Position numbers and translations under genes: made by a program. This document shows, in pieces, positions 29,456 to 41,461 of a stretch of DNA of 64,000 nt. Location: the NCBI GenBank assembly GCA_965263355.1, contig CBDHHL010000056.1, positions 1,856,001 to 1,920,000 of the forward strand. Reading direction: 5' to 3'. Within the stretch, counting starts at the first letter, position 1. The number at the start of each line of letters is the position of its first letter. This DNA comes from Leptolyngbyaceae cyanobacterium. GTDB taxonomy: Bacteria; Cyanobacteriota; Cyanobacteriia; Phormidesmidales; Phormidesmidaceae. The notes under the pieces are model-generated. The model searched no databases. It saw only the letters and a list, made by a program, of their open reading frames with translations, and was not told the DNA's origin.

Positions 29456-31747
29456 ATGACCTCAGTAGCCCCTGTTCTTCCCAACGACTGTACTTTACCT
29501 ACCTGGCTCAGGTCTTGCATTCTGGAGCACAGTCAACCCGATGATGGAGATGGGGGCAATCATGTCTCACTGGAACTCCCCAAAGATAACAATCAACTGG
29601 TATGTCGGGCCTTTGAGTTTGCCTATCAACTTCACAAGGGGCAAATGCGCGCCTCCGGTGAGCCATACATTGCCCATCCAGTTGCTGTCGCTAATATTCT
29701 GCGCAGTTTAGGTGGAGACAGCGCCATGATTGCAGCTGGTTTTTTACATGATGTTGTCGAAGACACCGATGTTTCTGCCGACGAAATTGAAGCTCATTTT
29801 GGCGCAGAAGTCCGTCAAATGGTTGAGGGGGTGACGAAGCTCTCAAAGTTTCAGTTTAATAGCAAGACGGAACGTCAGGCTGAAAACTTTCGCCGCATGT
29901 TTTTAGCCATGGCCCAAGATATTCGGGTGATCGTGGTCAAACTAGCTGATCGTCTTCACAACATGCGGACATTACAGCATTTGCCCCCGGAAAAGCAGGT
30001 ACAGAAAGCTCGCGAAACCATCGAAATTTTTGCACCACTCGCTAATCGACTAGGCATTGGCCGTATCAAGTGGGAGCTGGAAGACCTGTCATTTAAGTAT
30101 CTAGAAGAAGCGGCCTATCAGGAAATTAAGGATCTCATTTCTGAGAAACGCACAGACCGCGAAGCGCGCCTTCAACACGTTGCTGAATTATTAGAAACCC
30201 ATTTGACTGACGAGGGGATTGGCTGTGTAGAAATTAGCAGTCGCCCGAAACATCTTTACAGTATTTACCGTAAGATGCAGCGTCAGAAAAAGAATTTTCA
30301 TCAGATTTATGACATAGCGGCGGTTCGCATCATTGTCAATACAAAGGTGGAATGTTACCGAGCCCTAGCGGTCGTCCATGATCGGTTTAAACCTATTCCT
30401 GGACGCTTCAAAGACTACATTGGTTTGCCTAAGGCTAACCGTTATCAGTCATTGCACACTGCTGTTATTGGTAAGCAGGGCCGCCCGATCGAAGTGCAGA
30501 TCCGTACGATGGAAATGCATCGTGTTGCAGAGTATGGCATCGCAGCCCACTGGAAATATAAGGAAACCGGCAATAGCAACACCAAGGTAAATGCAGAAGA
30601 TGAAAAATTTACCTGGCTTAGGCAATTACTGGAATGGCAAAGCGATCTCAAAGATGCCCAAGAGTACCTCAGTGATGTTAAAGACAATTTGTTTGACGAG
30701 GAAGTTTATGTATTTAGCCCTCAGGGTGACGTATTTGCTCTTAGCCAAGGAGCAACGCCTGTAGACTTTGCCTATCGCGTCCACACCGAAGTTGGCCATC
30801 ATTGCGCCGGGGCTAAGGTCAATGAACGCATCGTCACCCTTGATACCCAGCTTAAGAACGGTGACATTGTTGAGATTTTGACTAATAAGAATAGTCACCC
30901 CAGTCTTGATTGGCTCAACTTTGTCGTTTCTGCGGGTGCTCGCAGTCGTATTCGTCACTGGTATAAACAATCTCACCATGATGAAAATATGGCCCGTGGT
31001 CACACCATGTTGGAAAAGGTGATGGGACGTGATGGTCTAGATTCGTTGCTGAAGTCTGCCCCAGCCCAAGCAGCGGCTCAGCGTAGCAACTATCCCTGTG
31101 TTGAGGATATGTTGGCAGCTCTGGGATATGGCGAAATCACCTTGAATGCTGTTGTCAACCGTTTACAGGAAGCAACAAAAGAGCTACAGCCAGTAGAGGA
31201 AGTCAACGATGAACTATTGGTAGAGCAAATTAATAATGAAGGTGCTGTTAGAACTCGCTGGGGCGGAGATACTAGTGGTACAGCGTCTGGAAGTTCCATC
31301 ATGGGTGTGGAGGGGCTATTGCATCATATTGCTGGTTGCTGTAATCCATTGCCTGGAGAACCGATTATCGGAGCTGTTTCTATGGGAGCTCGGGGAATTG
31401 CGATTCATCGTCAAGGCTGTCCAAATGTGGCGTCTGTTCCTGGAGACCGTCTGATCCCAGTGTGTTGGAATTCAACACAAGCGGCAACCGGTAGACCTCA
31501 AACCTATCCGGTCATGCTCAAGTTGGAGGTAATTGATCGGGTCGGTGTCCTCAAGGATATTTTGAGTCACTTATCAGATCTGAAGATCAACGTTTATAGA
31601 GCAACGGTAACTACATTTCCTGATCAGATTGCTGAAATAGACCTAGGCATTGATGTAAAAGATCATTTCCATTTTGATCGGACAGTCAAAAAGTTACGCA
31701 ATATGACCGATGTGTTGAAGCTAAAGCGGCTGAGTCAGATGGATTAG
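29456..31747 (+). CDS. spoT: Bifunctional (p)ppGpp synthetase/hydrolase (RelA/SpoT homologue)
   Basis: HD domain (FLHDVVEDT), KLADRLHNMRT, RPKHLYSIYRK, YQSLHT, EVQIRT, TGS, CC zinc finger, C-terminal ACT; ATG 29456 preferred. Confidence 0.95.
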   Translation: MTSVAPVLPNDCTLPTWLRSCILEHSQPDDGDGGNHVSLELPKDNNQLVCRAFEFAYQLHKGQMRASGEPYIAHPVAVANILRSLGGDSAMIAAGFLHDVVEDTDVSADEIEAHFGAEVRQMVEGVTKLSKFQFNSKTERQAENFRRMFLAMAQDIRVIVVKLADRLHNMRTLQHLPPEKQVQKARETIEIFAPLANRLGIGRIKWELEDLSFKYLEEAAYQEIKDLISEKRTDREARLQHVAELLETHLTDEGIGCVEISSRPKHLYSIYRKMQRQKKNFHQIYDIAAVRIIVNTKVECYRALAVVHDRFKPIPGRFKDYIGLPKANRYQSLHTAVIGKQGRPIEVQIRTMEMHRVAEYGIAAHWKYKETGNSNTKVNAEDEKFTWLRQLLEWQSDLKDAQEYLSDVKDNLFDEEVYVFSPQGDVFALSQGATPVDFAYRVHTEVGHHCAGAKVNERIVTLDTQLKNGDIVEILTNKNSHPSLDWLNFVVSAGARSRIRHWYKQSHHDENMARGHTMLEKVMGRDGLDSLLKSAPAQAAAQRSNYPCVEDMLAALGYGEITLNAVVNRLQEATKELQPVEEVNDELLVEQINNEGAVRTRWGGDTSGTASGSSIMGVEGLLHHIAGCCNPLPGEPIIGAVSMGARGIAIHRQGCPNVASVPGDRLIPVCWNSTQAATGRPQTYPVMLKLEVIDRVGVLKDILSHLSDLKINVYRATVTTFPDQIAEIDLGIDVKDHFHFDRTVKKLRNMTDVLKLKRLSQMD

Positions 31748-31759
31748 CAGGTGAAATCC

Positions 31760-31795
31760 CTGTATAGGGGCGCTGCATGCAGCGCCCCTATACAG
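31760..31795. repeat. Perfect 36-bp palindrome, REP-like, between convergent genes
   Basis: CTGTATAGGGGCGCTGCA|TGCAGCGCCCCTATACAG. Confidence 0.85.
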
Positions 31796-32159
31796 ACGAT
31801 TGGTGTAAGATTAGACGATTTCCAGCTGGATCGTAGGCATAGATTTCCTGACCATGGCTGGCGTAAATGACATTACCGGGTGGTGGATGGCCTAAATCCG
31901 TTAAGGTCGCGATCGCGCCCGTCAAATTCTCTACTTCTAAACACACACTCATGCTCCCCGCTGGTCCAGAAAATTCCTGGTCGTCACTGGGCTTAAACAA
32001 AGCTAACTTGAGTCCTGGGAGCATAAACTCTGCATAGCGCTCAGGCATATACACCTTAGGAGTTTGACCCAATAGCCTTTGATAAAACACCACTAGGCCC
32101 TGTAAATCCTTATGAGCAAGGGTTACATATGCGGTTTGTATGTCGATTGAATGGCTCAT
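31788..32159 (-). CDS. VOC/glyoxalase-family protein
   Basis: FYQRLLG, YAEF, SVCLEV, HGQEIYAYDPAGNRL. Confidence 0.85.
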   Translation of the reverse strand: MSHSIDIQTAYVTLAHKDLQGLVVFYQRLLGQTPKVYMPERYAEFMLPGLKLALFKPSDDQEFSGPAGSMSVCLEVENLTGAIATLTDLGHPPPGNVIYASHGQEIYAYDPAGNRLILHQSSV

Positions 32160-32161
32160 CG

Positions 32162-33652
32162 TTATTTGCCAATACAAAATCGACTAAAAATTTCATCTAG
32201 CATTGATTCAGTTATTTCTTCACCAGTGACTTCTCCTAACGCACGGATAGCATCCCGGAGATCAATGGTCCAAAAGTCCAGCGGCAGTTCTGCCGCCATG
32301 GTCGCCTGCACCTGTTTCAGTGAGCGATGGGCGCGAGTCATTGCGGATGCCTGACGTTGGTTAATGGCCACGTCCGTATTAGCAGCAATCACATTCCCAG
32401 TTTGCACTAGGGTTAGTATTGCGTGTTCCAATGCCTCAATACCTTGCCCCTGGGCAGCGGCGGTTTCTACGATGGATATATCAGGGGATAAATCGGCTAG
32501 AGGCAACGTTACCGGAGGTCCTAAATCTACTTTGTTCAGGACAATGATGTGGGGCTTATGTTTAATATCACGATATAAAATTGCCTCAGTTTTGGTCCAG
32601 CCCACTGTTCCATCTACCGTCAGGATCACTACATCTGCATGTTGTGCTGCCTGCTGGGAACGTTCAATTCCTATTTGTTCCACCTGGTTAGTAGCGTCTC
32701 GCATGCCGGCTGTGTCTAGTAATTGGATAGGAATACCCCCGACTATCAGTTGGGATTCGACCACGTCACGGGTGGTGCCAGGCAATGGGGTGACAATGGC
32801 GCGATCGCAACGGCTCCAGGCATTCAGTAAACTTGATTTCCCGACGTTAGGCTGCCCCACAATCGCTACCTTCAGACCGTTTCGCAACAGCTCTCCCTGA
32901 TGGGCGGTGGATAAAATTTGGGCAACTTCAGCCAGAATCACCTCCAACTGCTGGCGTACATGAGTTTCATCCAGCGGGGGCAAATCATCAGCAAAGTCAA
33001 TCCTGGCCTCTACATCAGCCAGTACATCTAAACAACGACTGCGACAGTGGCGAATGACATGGGTGAGTTTGCCCTGAATCCCAGCAAGGGCGGCTTGAGC
33101 CGCTTGAGGGGACTGTGCCCCAACCAGATCAGCAATGCCTTCAGCCTGGGTTAAATCTAAACGACCATTGAGAAAAGCCCGCAGCGTAAATTCTCCGGGG
33201 GCAGCTAGTCGTGCTCCCTGGGCAATACATAGCTGTAACACCTGTTGCACCGCCATGATGCCACCGTGACAGTGAAACTCCACCACATCTTCACGGGTAT
33301 AGGAACGAGGGAATTTCATTAGTAGCAAGAGGGCTTCATCGACCGTCTGCTGGGTATCAGGATCGATCACGTAACCATAAAGCACACGATGGCTTTCCCA
33401 AGGGCCTGCACTGCGAAACAGCTGCTGAGCAATGGTTATGGCAGTAGAACCTGATAAACGCACAATGCCAACGCTACCCTGTTGCGGCACAATTGCCGTT
33501 GCGATCGCAGCAATTGTTTCCCCCTGTACGATCTTTGGTTCTTGCTCTCCCACACCCCTACTCCCGGTGCCATTAATCTGTAACGATACCCTATGCTGCC
33601 TATTCAGTCGGTAGACCGCGCGGGAATGCTGAAAGTCCTTCCATGTTGTCAT
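32162..33652 (-). CDS. mnmE: tRNA modification GTPase MnmE (true start probably ~40 codons downstream)
   Basis: [51 protein letters not shown]-terminal FCIGK. Confidence 0.96.
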   Translation of the reverse strand: MTTWKDFQHSRAVYRLNRQHRVSLQINGTGSRGVGEQEPKIVQGETIAAIATAIVPQQGSVGIVRLSGSTAITIAQQLFRSAGPWESHRVLYGYVIDPDTQQTVDEALLLLMKFPRSYTREDVVEFHCHGGIMAVQQVLQLCIAQGARLAAPGEFTLRAFLNGRLDLTQAEGIADLVGAQSPQAAQAALAGIQGKLTHVIRHCRSRCLDVLADVEARIDFADDLPPLDETHVRQQLEVILAEVAQILSTAHQGELLRNGLKVAIVGQPNVGKSSLLNAWSRCDRAIVTPLPGTTRDVVESQLIVGGIPIQLLDTAGMRDATNQVEQIGIERSQQAAQHADVVILTVDGTVGWTKTEAILYRDIKHKPHIIVLNKVDLGPPVTLPLADLSPDISIVETAAAQGQGIEALEHAILTLVQTGNVIAANTDVAINQRQASAMTRAHRSLKQVQATMAAELPLDFWTIDLRDAIRALGEVTGEEITESMLDEIFSRFCIGK

Positions 33653-33715
33653 AATGGAGACTAGTAGCCTAAACGGCCTTACTCCATTACTGTTCTAACT
33701 ATAAGGAATTCAGCC

Positions 33716-34270
33716 GTGGCAGATTCAACCGGTCAGTTTGACTACAATCAATCCGACACTCAAGGATCTGACAAAAGGCTATCTGATCAAAGATCACATT
33801 TGTCCACACGTCCTAAACGCGGAAAGATTCGTCGTCTGCTGCGATATATTTATATCCGCTTTATTCGCCTTCGCAGTCATCCTCAAGCCATTGCTAGAGG
33901 ATTAGCAGCTGGAGTGTTTGCAGGCAGCTATCCTCTGTTTGGATTACAGACAATCATTGGGGTTGCGATCGCAGCTGCCATCCGAGGCAACAAAATTGTG
34001 GCAGCTGCAGGAACCTGGATTAGTAATCCATTTACCTACGTTCCTATCTACGCGTTCAACTATCAAATTGGACACTGGCTTCTTAGACAGTCTACAGAAA
34101 CAAGCCTCACTAACCGCTCTCCCCAAGAATGGATGAATCTTGGCTTGGACATCACCTTAGCCTTACTCGTGGGCAGCACCATTGTTGGGTTTGTCTTAGC
34201 AATTATTAGCTACTATGTCGGTCTATATTTGTCCCACAGCCTAAAATCCAGGTCGAATAAAGAGCATTAA
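33716..34270 (+). CDS. DUF2062-family membrane protein
   Basis: IARGLAAGVF...PLFGLQT, RGN...AAGTWISNPFT..PIY. Confidence 0.85.
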   Translation: MADSTGQFDYNQSDTQGSDKRLSDQRSHLSTRPKRGKIRRLLRYIYIRFIRLRSHPQAIARGLAAGVFAGSYPLFGLQTIIGVAIAAAIRGNKIVAAAGTWISNPFTYVPIYAFNYQIGHWLLRQSTETSLTNRSPQEWMNLGLDITLALLVGSTIVGFVLAIISYYVGLYLSHSLKSRSNKEH

Positions 34271-34580
34271 GTCACCAGACACTAGAACTAGACCGTTAAT
34301 CTCATTAAAATCGGTATAGGTTCAGATAGGTCATAAAGAAGAGTAGATATACAATGCTGATGCACGTTATGATGAACATAGTTACATTGGCAAAAGTTGA
34401 GTAAATGTAACAACTAATTCGACATTACTTTTGACAACTTTAGACAATATGAATTACGGTTCGTTTATCAGTACTGGTTCATATTCAGACTCAAAGGTAT
34501 TTTCGAAAACCTTGACTTATAGCTCATTCAGATCGCTTGTCACCCTTGGCAGCCTTTAAAGATTTTTTTTTCGCAGTGAA

Positions 34581-34934
34581 ATGTTCCCCAACACCGCTTG
34601 CCACACCATCAAGTACCGTATTAGCTGCCAACATAGCTCACCAAAATCTACCCGTTTAACGTTACGAGAAACGGCTCCCCGCAACCAAAATCGGCTGAAA
34701 CCTTACCTATATGCTGCCAACTACACCGTTAGGAGCGTTGATGAGGCCTATCAGCTGTTGAGAGAATACCTCTACACAAATGGTGTAACCGCTGTCGAAG
34801 AATTAAACTTCCCTAATCGAGGAAAAATTGAAGTTGTTCCCATGGCTGCATGGTGTGGATTTCAAGCTAACATCAAGGACGATCTTGAGACAGTTGATAA
34901 AGATAGGGCTAGAAACAAACGTCTAGCTAGCTAA
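34581..34934 (+). CDS. Hypothetical protein
   Basis: 117-aa ATG ORF with its own upstream region; no family recognised. Confidence 0.55.
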   Translation: MFPNTACHTIKYRISCQHSSPKSTRLTLRETAPRNQNRLKPYLYAANYTVRSVDEAYQLLREYLYTNGVTAVEELNFPNRGKIEVVPMAAWCGFQANIKDDLETVDKDRARNKRLAS

Positions 34935-34944
34935 AAAGTTCATA

Positions 34945-35310
34945 CTAAAACTGCTCATCATCATAGTTTCCCTGCATAGGTGCAGCATTATCCCGTTTCG
35001 AACCCAGGAGATCAAGCCGCTCTACCCTAATGACAGGGCTAGAGCGCTGTGCGCCAGTAGCTCGATCTTGCCAGCTATCAAGTTTTAGCGCCCCAACTAT
35101 ACCTACTAGGCTACCCTTTCTGACATAGTTGGCAGCCACTTCAGCATTCCGTCCCCACAGCTCTAAATTAAACCAATCAGGCTGATCACTATTGCGGGTA
35201 CGTCGATTGACCGCAATGGTAAACTTGCACAGCACATTACCCGACTCAAAATAACGTACTTCAGGATCGCGTCCTGCCCGACCTACAAGATTGACAACAT
35301 TCAAACTCAT
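34945..35310 (-). CDS. ssb: Single-stranded DNA-binding protein
   Basis: NVVNLVGRAGRDPEVRYF, DWF..ELWG..AE, YVRKGS, acidic DDEQF tail. Confidence 0.93.
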   Translation of the reverse strand: MSLNVVNLVGRAGRDPEVRYFESGNVLCKFTIAVNRRTRNSDQPDWFNLELWGRNAEVAANYVRKGSLVGIVGALKLDSWQDRATGAQRSSPVIRVERLDLLGSKRDNAAPMQGNYDDEQF

Positions 35311-35617
35311 CGTGTGCCCACCAGCAACTGTGCTATAGAACTACTTTATATACGAGATAGGCACTGCCATCTAGAATTATTTTTAACTCTTGTCTCCTTA
35401 AAATAGGGAGCCTCACCCTACACTCTGCTCTGCCCATTCAATTTTAGACCGTGTAACCATGTAACCTTGGAGTAGGTTAAGTATCGCAGATCCATACCCA
35501 AGCAATGCTTTCTCAAAATACTTGGGAAACAAATCTAAATTAGGGTACAGTCATCTGGTTCAAAACTACGGACTAGACGGGTAGATATAAAACGTAATAG
35601 AATCCACACCTGCCTAG

Positions 35618-36706
<1,089 letters not shown>

Positions 36707-36743
36707 AGGTCTATAGGCAGTTTAAGACTACTGTTTGCAAATT

Positions 36744-37535
36744 ATGTTTGCACTAAGACGTTGGTGGGATAAATACGCGACAAGGGTAGGTGTAGCTACC
36801 CTTATAATCGGCCTAGCCTGGGCAATGCGCCAGAGTCAGGGGGCTATAATCTATGAAATCTACCAGGTGTTGACTGCGCCATTGCAGCCGGGCTTGACCC
36901 AAGCGGAACGTTTGGAAAATGCGTATATTTTAGAACTCCAGCAGCGGGTCATTGAATTAGAGAATCAAAATCAAGGCCTGCGGGAAAATATCGACTATGC
37001 CGACAACCAAGGTAAAGTAACGATTGCCGCTGTTATTGGTCGTAGTGCCGATAATTGGTGGCAACAAATTACCGTTAACAAAGGCCGTTTGAACGGTGTT
37101 ACCGAGGGTGACATGGCTACGGGGCCAGGTGGTTTGGTGGGTCGTGTCGTTGGCGTTTCGCCTAATACGAGTAAGATTTTGCTGGTAACTGACCCGACCA
37201 GTCAAATGGGTGTCAAGGTCAGCCGTAGTCGTGCGTTAGGTGTGGTACGTGGCAACGTCGATGGGCGAGTTGTTATGCAGTTTTTTGAAACCACACCTGA
37301 TGTAAAACCTGGCGATGTCATTGTTACATCTTCCTACAGTCGGTTATTTCCCCAGGGCGTTCCTGTGGGCCGTATTGAGAGCATGGACTTGAAAAAGAGT
37401 CCAGCACCTGAGGCGGTGATTAAGCTTTCATCTCCCCTCAATATTCTTGAGTGGGTGACTATTCACCCTTTTAAAGCTAAAACCGATGTTAACGCTCCTC
37501 CAGCTGAGATCATACACAACAATTCAACACCATAG
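36744..37535 (+). CDS. mreC: Rod shape-determining protein MreC
   Basis: N-terminal TM, coiled coil, GLVGRV, GDVIVTS, FPQGVPVG; follows mreB. Confidence 0.92.
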   Translation: MFALRRWWDKYATRVGVATLIIGLAWAMRQSQGAIIYEIYQVLTAPLQPGLTQAERLENAYILELQQRVIELENQNQGLRENIDYADNQGKVTIAAVIGRSADNWWQQITVNKGRLNGVTEGDMATGPGGLVGRVVGVSPNTSKILLVTDPTSQMGVKVSRSRALGVVRGNVDGRVVMQFFETTPDVKPGDVIVTSSYSRLFPQGVPVGRIESMDLKKSPAPEAVIKLSSPLNILEWVTIHPFKAKTDVNAPPAEIIHNNSTP

Positions 37536-37568
37536 CTTCAACATCTGACGCCTCCTGCCCAATTAACT

Positions 37569-38123
37569 ATGAACGCACCTAAAGGCAAGGAAACGTTATC
37601 TGATTTCCAAAAAAAGTGTCTCAATATTGCCATTGTGGCAGGCTCTGGGTTAATGTGCCTATTGCTCTCACCAATGCGGTTCCCTGGGATTGAACTTTTA
37701 GGTGTTACTCCCAATTGGTTACTCATATGGGTGGTTATTTGGAGTATTCACCATCCTATTGTCGATGGGGCGATCGCAGGTATTGTGCTGGGTTTACTGC
37801 AGGATAGTCTTACAGGTCCATTTCCTACCCATGCCCTCAGTTTGCTGGTAGTGGGGCTGCTGACCGCTCGTCTCCAGCGTCAGCGGATTATCCAGGAAAA
37901 TGTAGTCCTGGTGGCGTTTATTGTCTTTGGTATGGCTGTGGTTAGCGCTACGGTGATTGCCCTGCAAATGAGCTTTCAGCACTTACTTTGGACTGATTCG
38001 CCTTACCTCAGTCTCTGGCAAATCTGGCGCACTCATCAACGAGTTGCCCTTAGCTCTGCGATCCTTAGTAGTTTATGGACACCGGCCCTTTATTACCCCT
38101 TGCACCGGTGGTGGAAAGGATAA
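37569..38123 (+). CDS. mreD: Rod shape-determining protein MreD
   Basis: Polytopic; PNWLLIWVV.W, GIVLGLLQD; third gene of mreBCD. Confidence 0.9.
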   Translation: MNAPKGKETLSDFQKKCLNIAIVAGSGLMCLLLSPMRFPGIELLGVTPNWLLIWVVIWSIHHPIVDGAIAGIVLGLLQDSLTGPFPTHALSLLVVGLLTARLQRQRIIQENVVLVAFIVFGMAVVSATVIALQMSFQHLLWTDSPYLSLWQIWRTHQRVALSSAILSSLWTPALYYPLHRWWKG

Positions 38124-38127
38124 TTGT

Positions 38128-38910
38128 TTAGGCTGCCTGTAAAACTTGAGTTATATGTCTGCTTTGAATAGCCTGTAACAACGTTGCTTCAATCGTGGTT
38201 GGCTGATAACGCTTTAGAAAAGCATGGCTGCGAATACCGCTAGTAATTGCAACAGTAGTGATCCCAGCGCGCTGGCCGGCAATGATGTCCGCCTCGGTAT
38301 CACCAATCATACAGGTAGGAAAAGGGTGATAACCTTGTGTTTTCTGAGCTGCGATCGCAGACTCTAATAACGCAACTTTTTGTTCTGTCCGATTAAGATG
38401 GGCCGCATTAATATCGGATGCACCAAAGATTTCGTCAATATACTGACTGAGATCATGGGCCTGTAAAAATGCCTGTACCTGCCGTGGGTGCCTTAAAGTC
38501 ACTAACACCAAACGAATCCCCATGTGCTTAAGCTGATGTATTGCCCTGTCGGCACCAGGCTGTAGGGTATCCCATTGCAGCAGATGGGGATGATTCACAA
38601 TTCGCTGCACCTGCTGTAGAAAGGTCTCCACCAAGTTTGTCGGAATCCCAGACCGAATCGCGATATCCGTATCGACAACGCGATTCCGTTTCATCCACCA
38701 AAACTGATTTTTCGAAAGAATTTGTAGTGGTAACGCCTTGCCAGCGGTCTCTTGATGGCTAGCTAGGAGTGTCGAAATACCCAACCTGTAGGTTCGATAG
38801 TAACGTTCTGAAACATCTACAATCGGACCATCAAAATCACAGAACAATACCTGCCCAGAAGGCGATTGAAACGAGGACATTGGATTAATACTGTGCAGCA
38901 TAAAAGGCAT
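38128..38910 (-). CDS. HAD-family hydrolase
   Basis: DFDGPIVD motif I, VTLR motif II, IGDTEAD motif IV. Confidence 0.88.
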   Translation of the reverse strand: MPFMLHSINPMSSFQSPSGQVLFCDFDGPIVDVSERYYRTYRLGISTLLASHQETAGKALPLQILSKNQFWWMKRNRVVDTDIAIRSGIPTNLVETFLQQVQRIVNHPHLLQWDTLQPGADRAIHQLKHMGIRLVLVTLRHPRQVQAFLQAHDLSQYIDEIFGASDINAAHLNRTEQKVALLESAIAAQKTQGYHPFPTCMIGDTEADIIAGQRAGITTVAITSGIRSHAFLKRYQPTTIEATLLQAIQSRHITQVLQAA

Positions 38911-39140
38911 TGGTTATACTCCAGCATCATCTCTATGGAAGATTGCTAGCCCACTTAATGTTTCTTCACCTTATCAAGGGAAACCGGAACCTACGCAATC
39001 CTATTAAAGGCAAATAAAGTGTCACCTTTGGTGTACCGCTTATGCAGTGACCATTTCAGCTAGAGAATAACGCCTGCTTGGAGTCACCCTTACATAAATC
39101 GGTAAACAAATGCTCATACTAGTCTAATGACAAAATCAGA

Positions 39141-39590
39141 CTACCTGGCATGCCGTTCTAATACCAGTGTCACTGGACCATCATTGTCAATAGTGACCTG
39201 CATATGGCTACCAAATTGCCCCGTCTCTATCTTTAACCCACTCTGCTGCAGTTTAGCTACAAACTGTTCATACAGTTTAACGGCCTGCTTGGGTAGGGCT
39301 GCCTGGTCAAAGGAAGGACGACGGCCTTTTCGACAGTCACCGTAAAGGGTGAACTGACTAATCACTAGCAACTCACCTTGAATATCTTGAATCGATAAAT
39401 CAAACCGATTTGAATCTATCCCAGGAAAAAGCCTTAAGGTCAGGCATTTCTGCACCATCCAATCAAGCTCTTTTTCCGTGTCAGTTGCAGCGATCCCCAC
39501 TAGCAAGTTTAGACCTCGACCTATGGAGCCGACCACGTCACCATCCACAATAACTTGGGATGCTGTAACCCGTTGAATGACAACGCGCAC
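39141..39590 (-). CDS. dtd: D-aminoacyl-tRNA deacylase
   Basis: MRVVIQRV, SQFTLYG..KGRRPSF, NDGPVT. Confidence 0.95.
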   Translation of the reverse strand: MRVVIQRVTASQVIVDGDVVGSIGRGLNLLVGIAATDTEKELDWMVQKCLTLRLFPGIDSNRFDLSIQDIQGELLVISQFTLYGDCRKGRRPSFDQAALPKQAVKLYEQFVAKLQQSGLKIETGQFGSHMQVTIDNDGPVTLVLERHAR

Positions 39591-40753
39591 TAGCTGCCAA
39601 AGCCCTTACCAAGACTTTTGGAGTCCAGGCAAAAGCATGCCTCAATTTCAGCTTTGAGTGCATCGTGATCAAGATCTTGACCAATTAGAACCAGCTGGGT
39701 CTTATGAGGGCGACCATTCCACTCTTCGTCCTCCAGAGAAAATCGCTTACCGCTGAGATGAAAAATATGACGTTTTTCACTCTCGTCAAACCATAGGATT
39801 CCCTTAGCGCGAAAAACATTCGCCGGTAGCTTGTTATCCAAGAAACGTTGAAACTTTCGAATCGCCAGAGGTTGATCACGAACAATAGAAAGCGATGTAA
39901 ACCCATCTACATCTAGGTGGGAGTGGTCATGGTCATGGTCGTGGTCATGCTCGCAATGGCTATGATCATGATCGTGTTTGGCATGAGCATGGTGATCATG
40001 ATCCGTATGGCCATGGTCGTGCCCATGCTCATGGTCACCATTAGAATGGTCGTGGCGCTCGTGAGGCGATTTCCCAGCAGGGTCAAAATACTTATCAGAC
40101 TCAAATAGACCTACGCTCAAAATCAGTGGTAACGGTACCTGTGACTGAGTTGTACGTAAAATGCGCGCGCCTTCTTTAACATCGCGTACTTTGAGTTCTA
40201 ATGCATCTAAATCAGCCTCGTTTACCAGATCCACCTTATTAAGTAAGATAATATCGCCGTAGGCAATTTGGTTATAGGCTGCTTGGCTACTAAATAAGTC
40301 AACACTGTAGTTTTCTGCATCTACCAACGTAACAATGGAGTCTAACCGTGTTAGATCCCGCAGCTCAGATCCTAAAAACGTAAGCGCTACCGGTAGGGGA
40401 TCTGCCAATCCCGTAGTCTCTACCACTAGATAGTCAATTTTCTCTTTGCGCTCGAGTACCTTATAAACTGCCTCTAGTAGATCATTATTAATGGTGCAGC
40501 AAATACAGCCATTGCTCAATTCCACTATGGTGTCGCCAGCTTTGTCACTAGTGGTAATAAGCAAGTCGTTATCAATACCAACTTCACCAAACTCATTTAC
40601 TAGCACTGCTGTTCTTAAACCATCTTGATTTGTCAAGATATGGTTAAGCAGGGTGGTTTTGCCGCTCCCCAAAAATCCAGTAATGATGGTTACGGGTAAG
40701 CCATGCTTAGAATCGTCCATCCGCTTGGATGGTGCTGATATTGCAGCAGTCAT
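39590..40753 (-). CDS. COG0523/CobW-family G3E GTPase metallochaperone with His-rich insert
   Basis: [31 protein letters not shown], long (HD)n tract, CobW_C. Confidence 0.92.
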   Translation of the reverse strand: MTAAISAPSKRMDDSKHGLPVTIITGFLGSGKTTLLNHILTNQDGLRTAVLVNEFGEVGIDNDLLITTSDKAGDTIVELSNGCICCTINNDLLEAVYKVLERKEKIDYLVVETTGLADPLPVALTFLGSELRDLTRLDSIVTLVDAENYSVDLFSSQAAYNQIAYGDIILLNKVDLVNEADLDALELKVRDVKEGARILRTTQSQVPLPLILSVGLFESDKYFDPAGKSPHERHDHSNGDHEHGHDHGHTDHDHHAHAKHDHDHSHCEHDHDHDHDHSHLDVDGFTSLSIVRDQPLAIRKFQRFLDNKLPANVFRAKGILWFDESEKRHIFHLSGKRFSLEDEEWNGRPHKTQLVLIGQDLDHDALKAEIEACFCLDSKSLGKGFGS

Positions 40754-40855
40754 AGGAGATTAATGGTGGGGTTGATTGAAAGTATTGCAAAATTTATTAT
40801 CTCGTATTTATCAGAAAATGAGGGGTCGGCTTCACCGAAGTAAAGACTCGACACG

Positions 40856-41299
40856 CTATCCCCGATTCTTTATCGTCATAACTTCAACGATAGTCAGGGC
40901 TTGATCACTGGGAATGTCGAGAATACGGTAAAGATCATCCAGAAATGCCTGCTCCTGGGGGGTAACACTGCCATCGGCCAAGACTAAATCTGTGGCCAGG
41001 GCAAAGGCCGTTGGTTTGAGTTCCACCGGCAGGACTACATTAGCGGCTTCAACCAAACGACTAGGACCATGCTGCTGTAGTTGCTGCAACAAACTATCCT
41101 TCATTCGGTTGACCATTTCCGTAGAATAGCTTTTGAAAAGGCGCATACGGCTCAATAACATGTCCATTTCGCGCCCCTCTTGATCGGAGAGATAGCCATC
41201 GGCTGCGATCGCAACCAAACAAATCGCTGCCAGTGCTTCTGCTGGACTCAGGGGCAGCGACTCTGGAGACGGGTCAAAAACCTTATCAAATAGCCCCAT
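40856..41299 (-). CDS. TerB-family protein
   Basis: AIAADG..S.QE, LVLADG....EQAFL, C-terminal IKNRG. Confidence 0.82.
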   Translation of the reverse strand: MGLFDKVFDPSPESLPLSPAEALAAICLVAIAADGYLSDQEGREMDMLLSRMRLFKSYSTEMVNRMKDSLLQQLQQHGPSRLVEAANVVLPVELKPTAFALATDLVLADGSVTPQEQAFLDDLYRILDIPSDQALTIVEVMTIKNRG

Positions 41300-41367
41300 A
41301 ACATCCTCACAAATAAAACCTGGCCTGACATAATCAGACCAAACCTATTGTGAAACATGATGGAAAT

Positions 41368-41396
41368 AAAAGGAGAAGCTAAGATAGCCTCTCCTT
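41368..41396 (-). terminator. Terminator of the DUF4278/PirA-like gene
   Basis: Minus strand AAGGAGAGGCT-ATCTT-AGCTTCTCCTTTT. Confidence 0.6.
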
Positions 41397-41461
41397 AACT
41401 TACTCTAGCCATGAATGACATTTAGCCATGCTTCGGAAACTTGAGCGTAAACCAATCGCCC

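Noticed and set aside
29217..29544. ORFs 29217-29417(-) and 29239-29544(+)
   Set aside because: No recognisable motifs; they overlap the rsh promoter and start region
39913..40108. Met/Ile/Thr-rich small ORFs on both strands
   Set aside because: Alternative frames of the (His-Asp)n tract in the COG0523 gene
40780..40805. Zur box upstream of the COG0523 gene
   Set aside because: Only one good half-site (ATTATC); the palindrome is too degenerate to call
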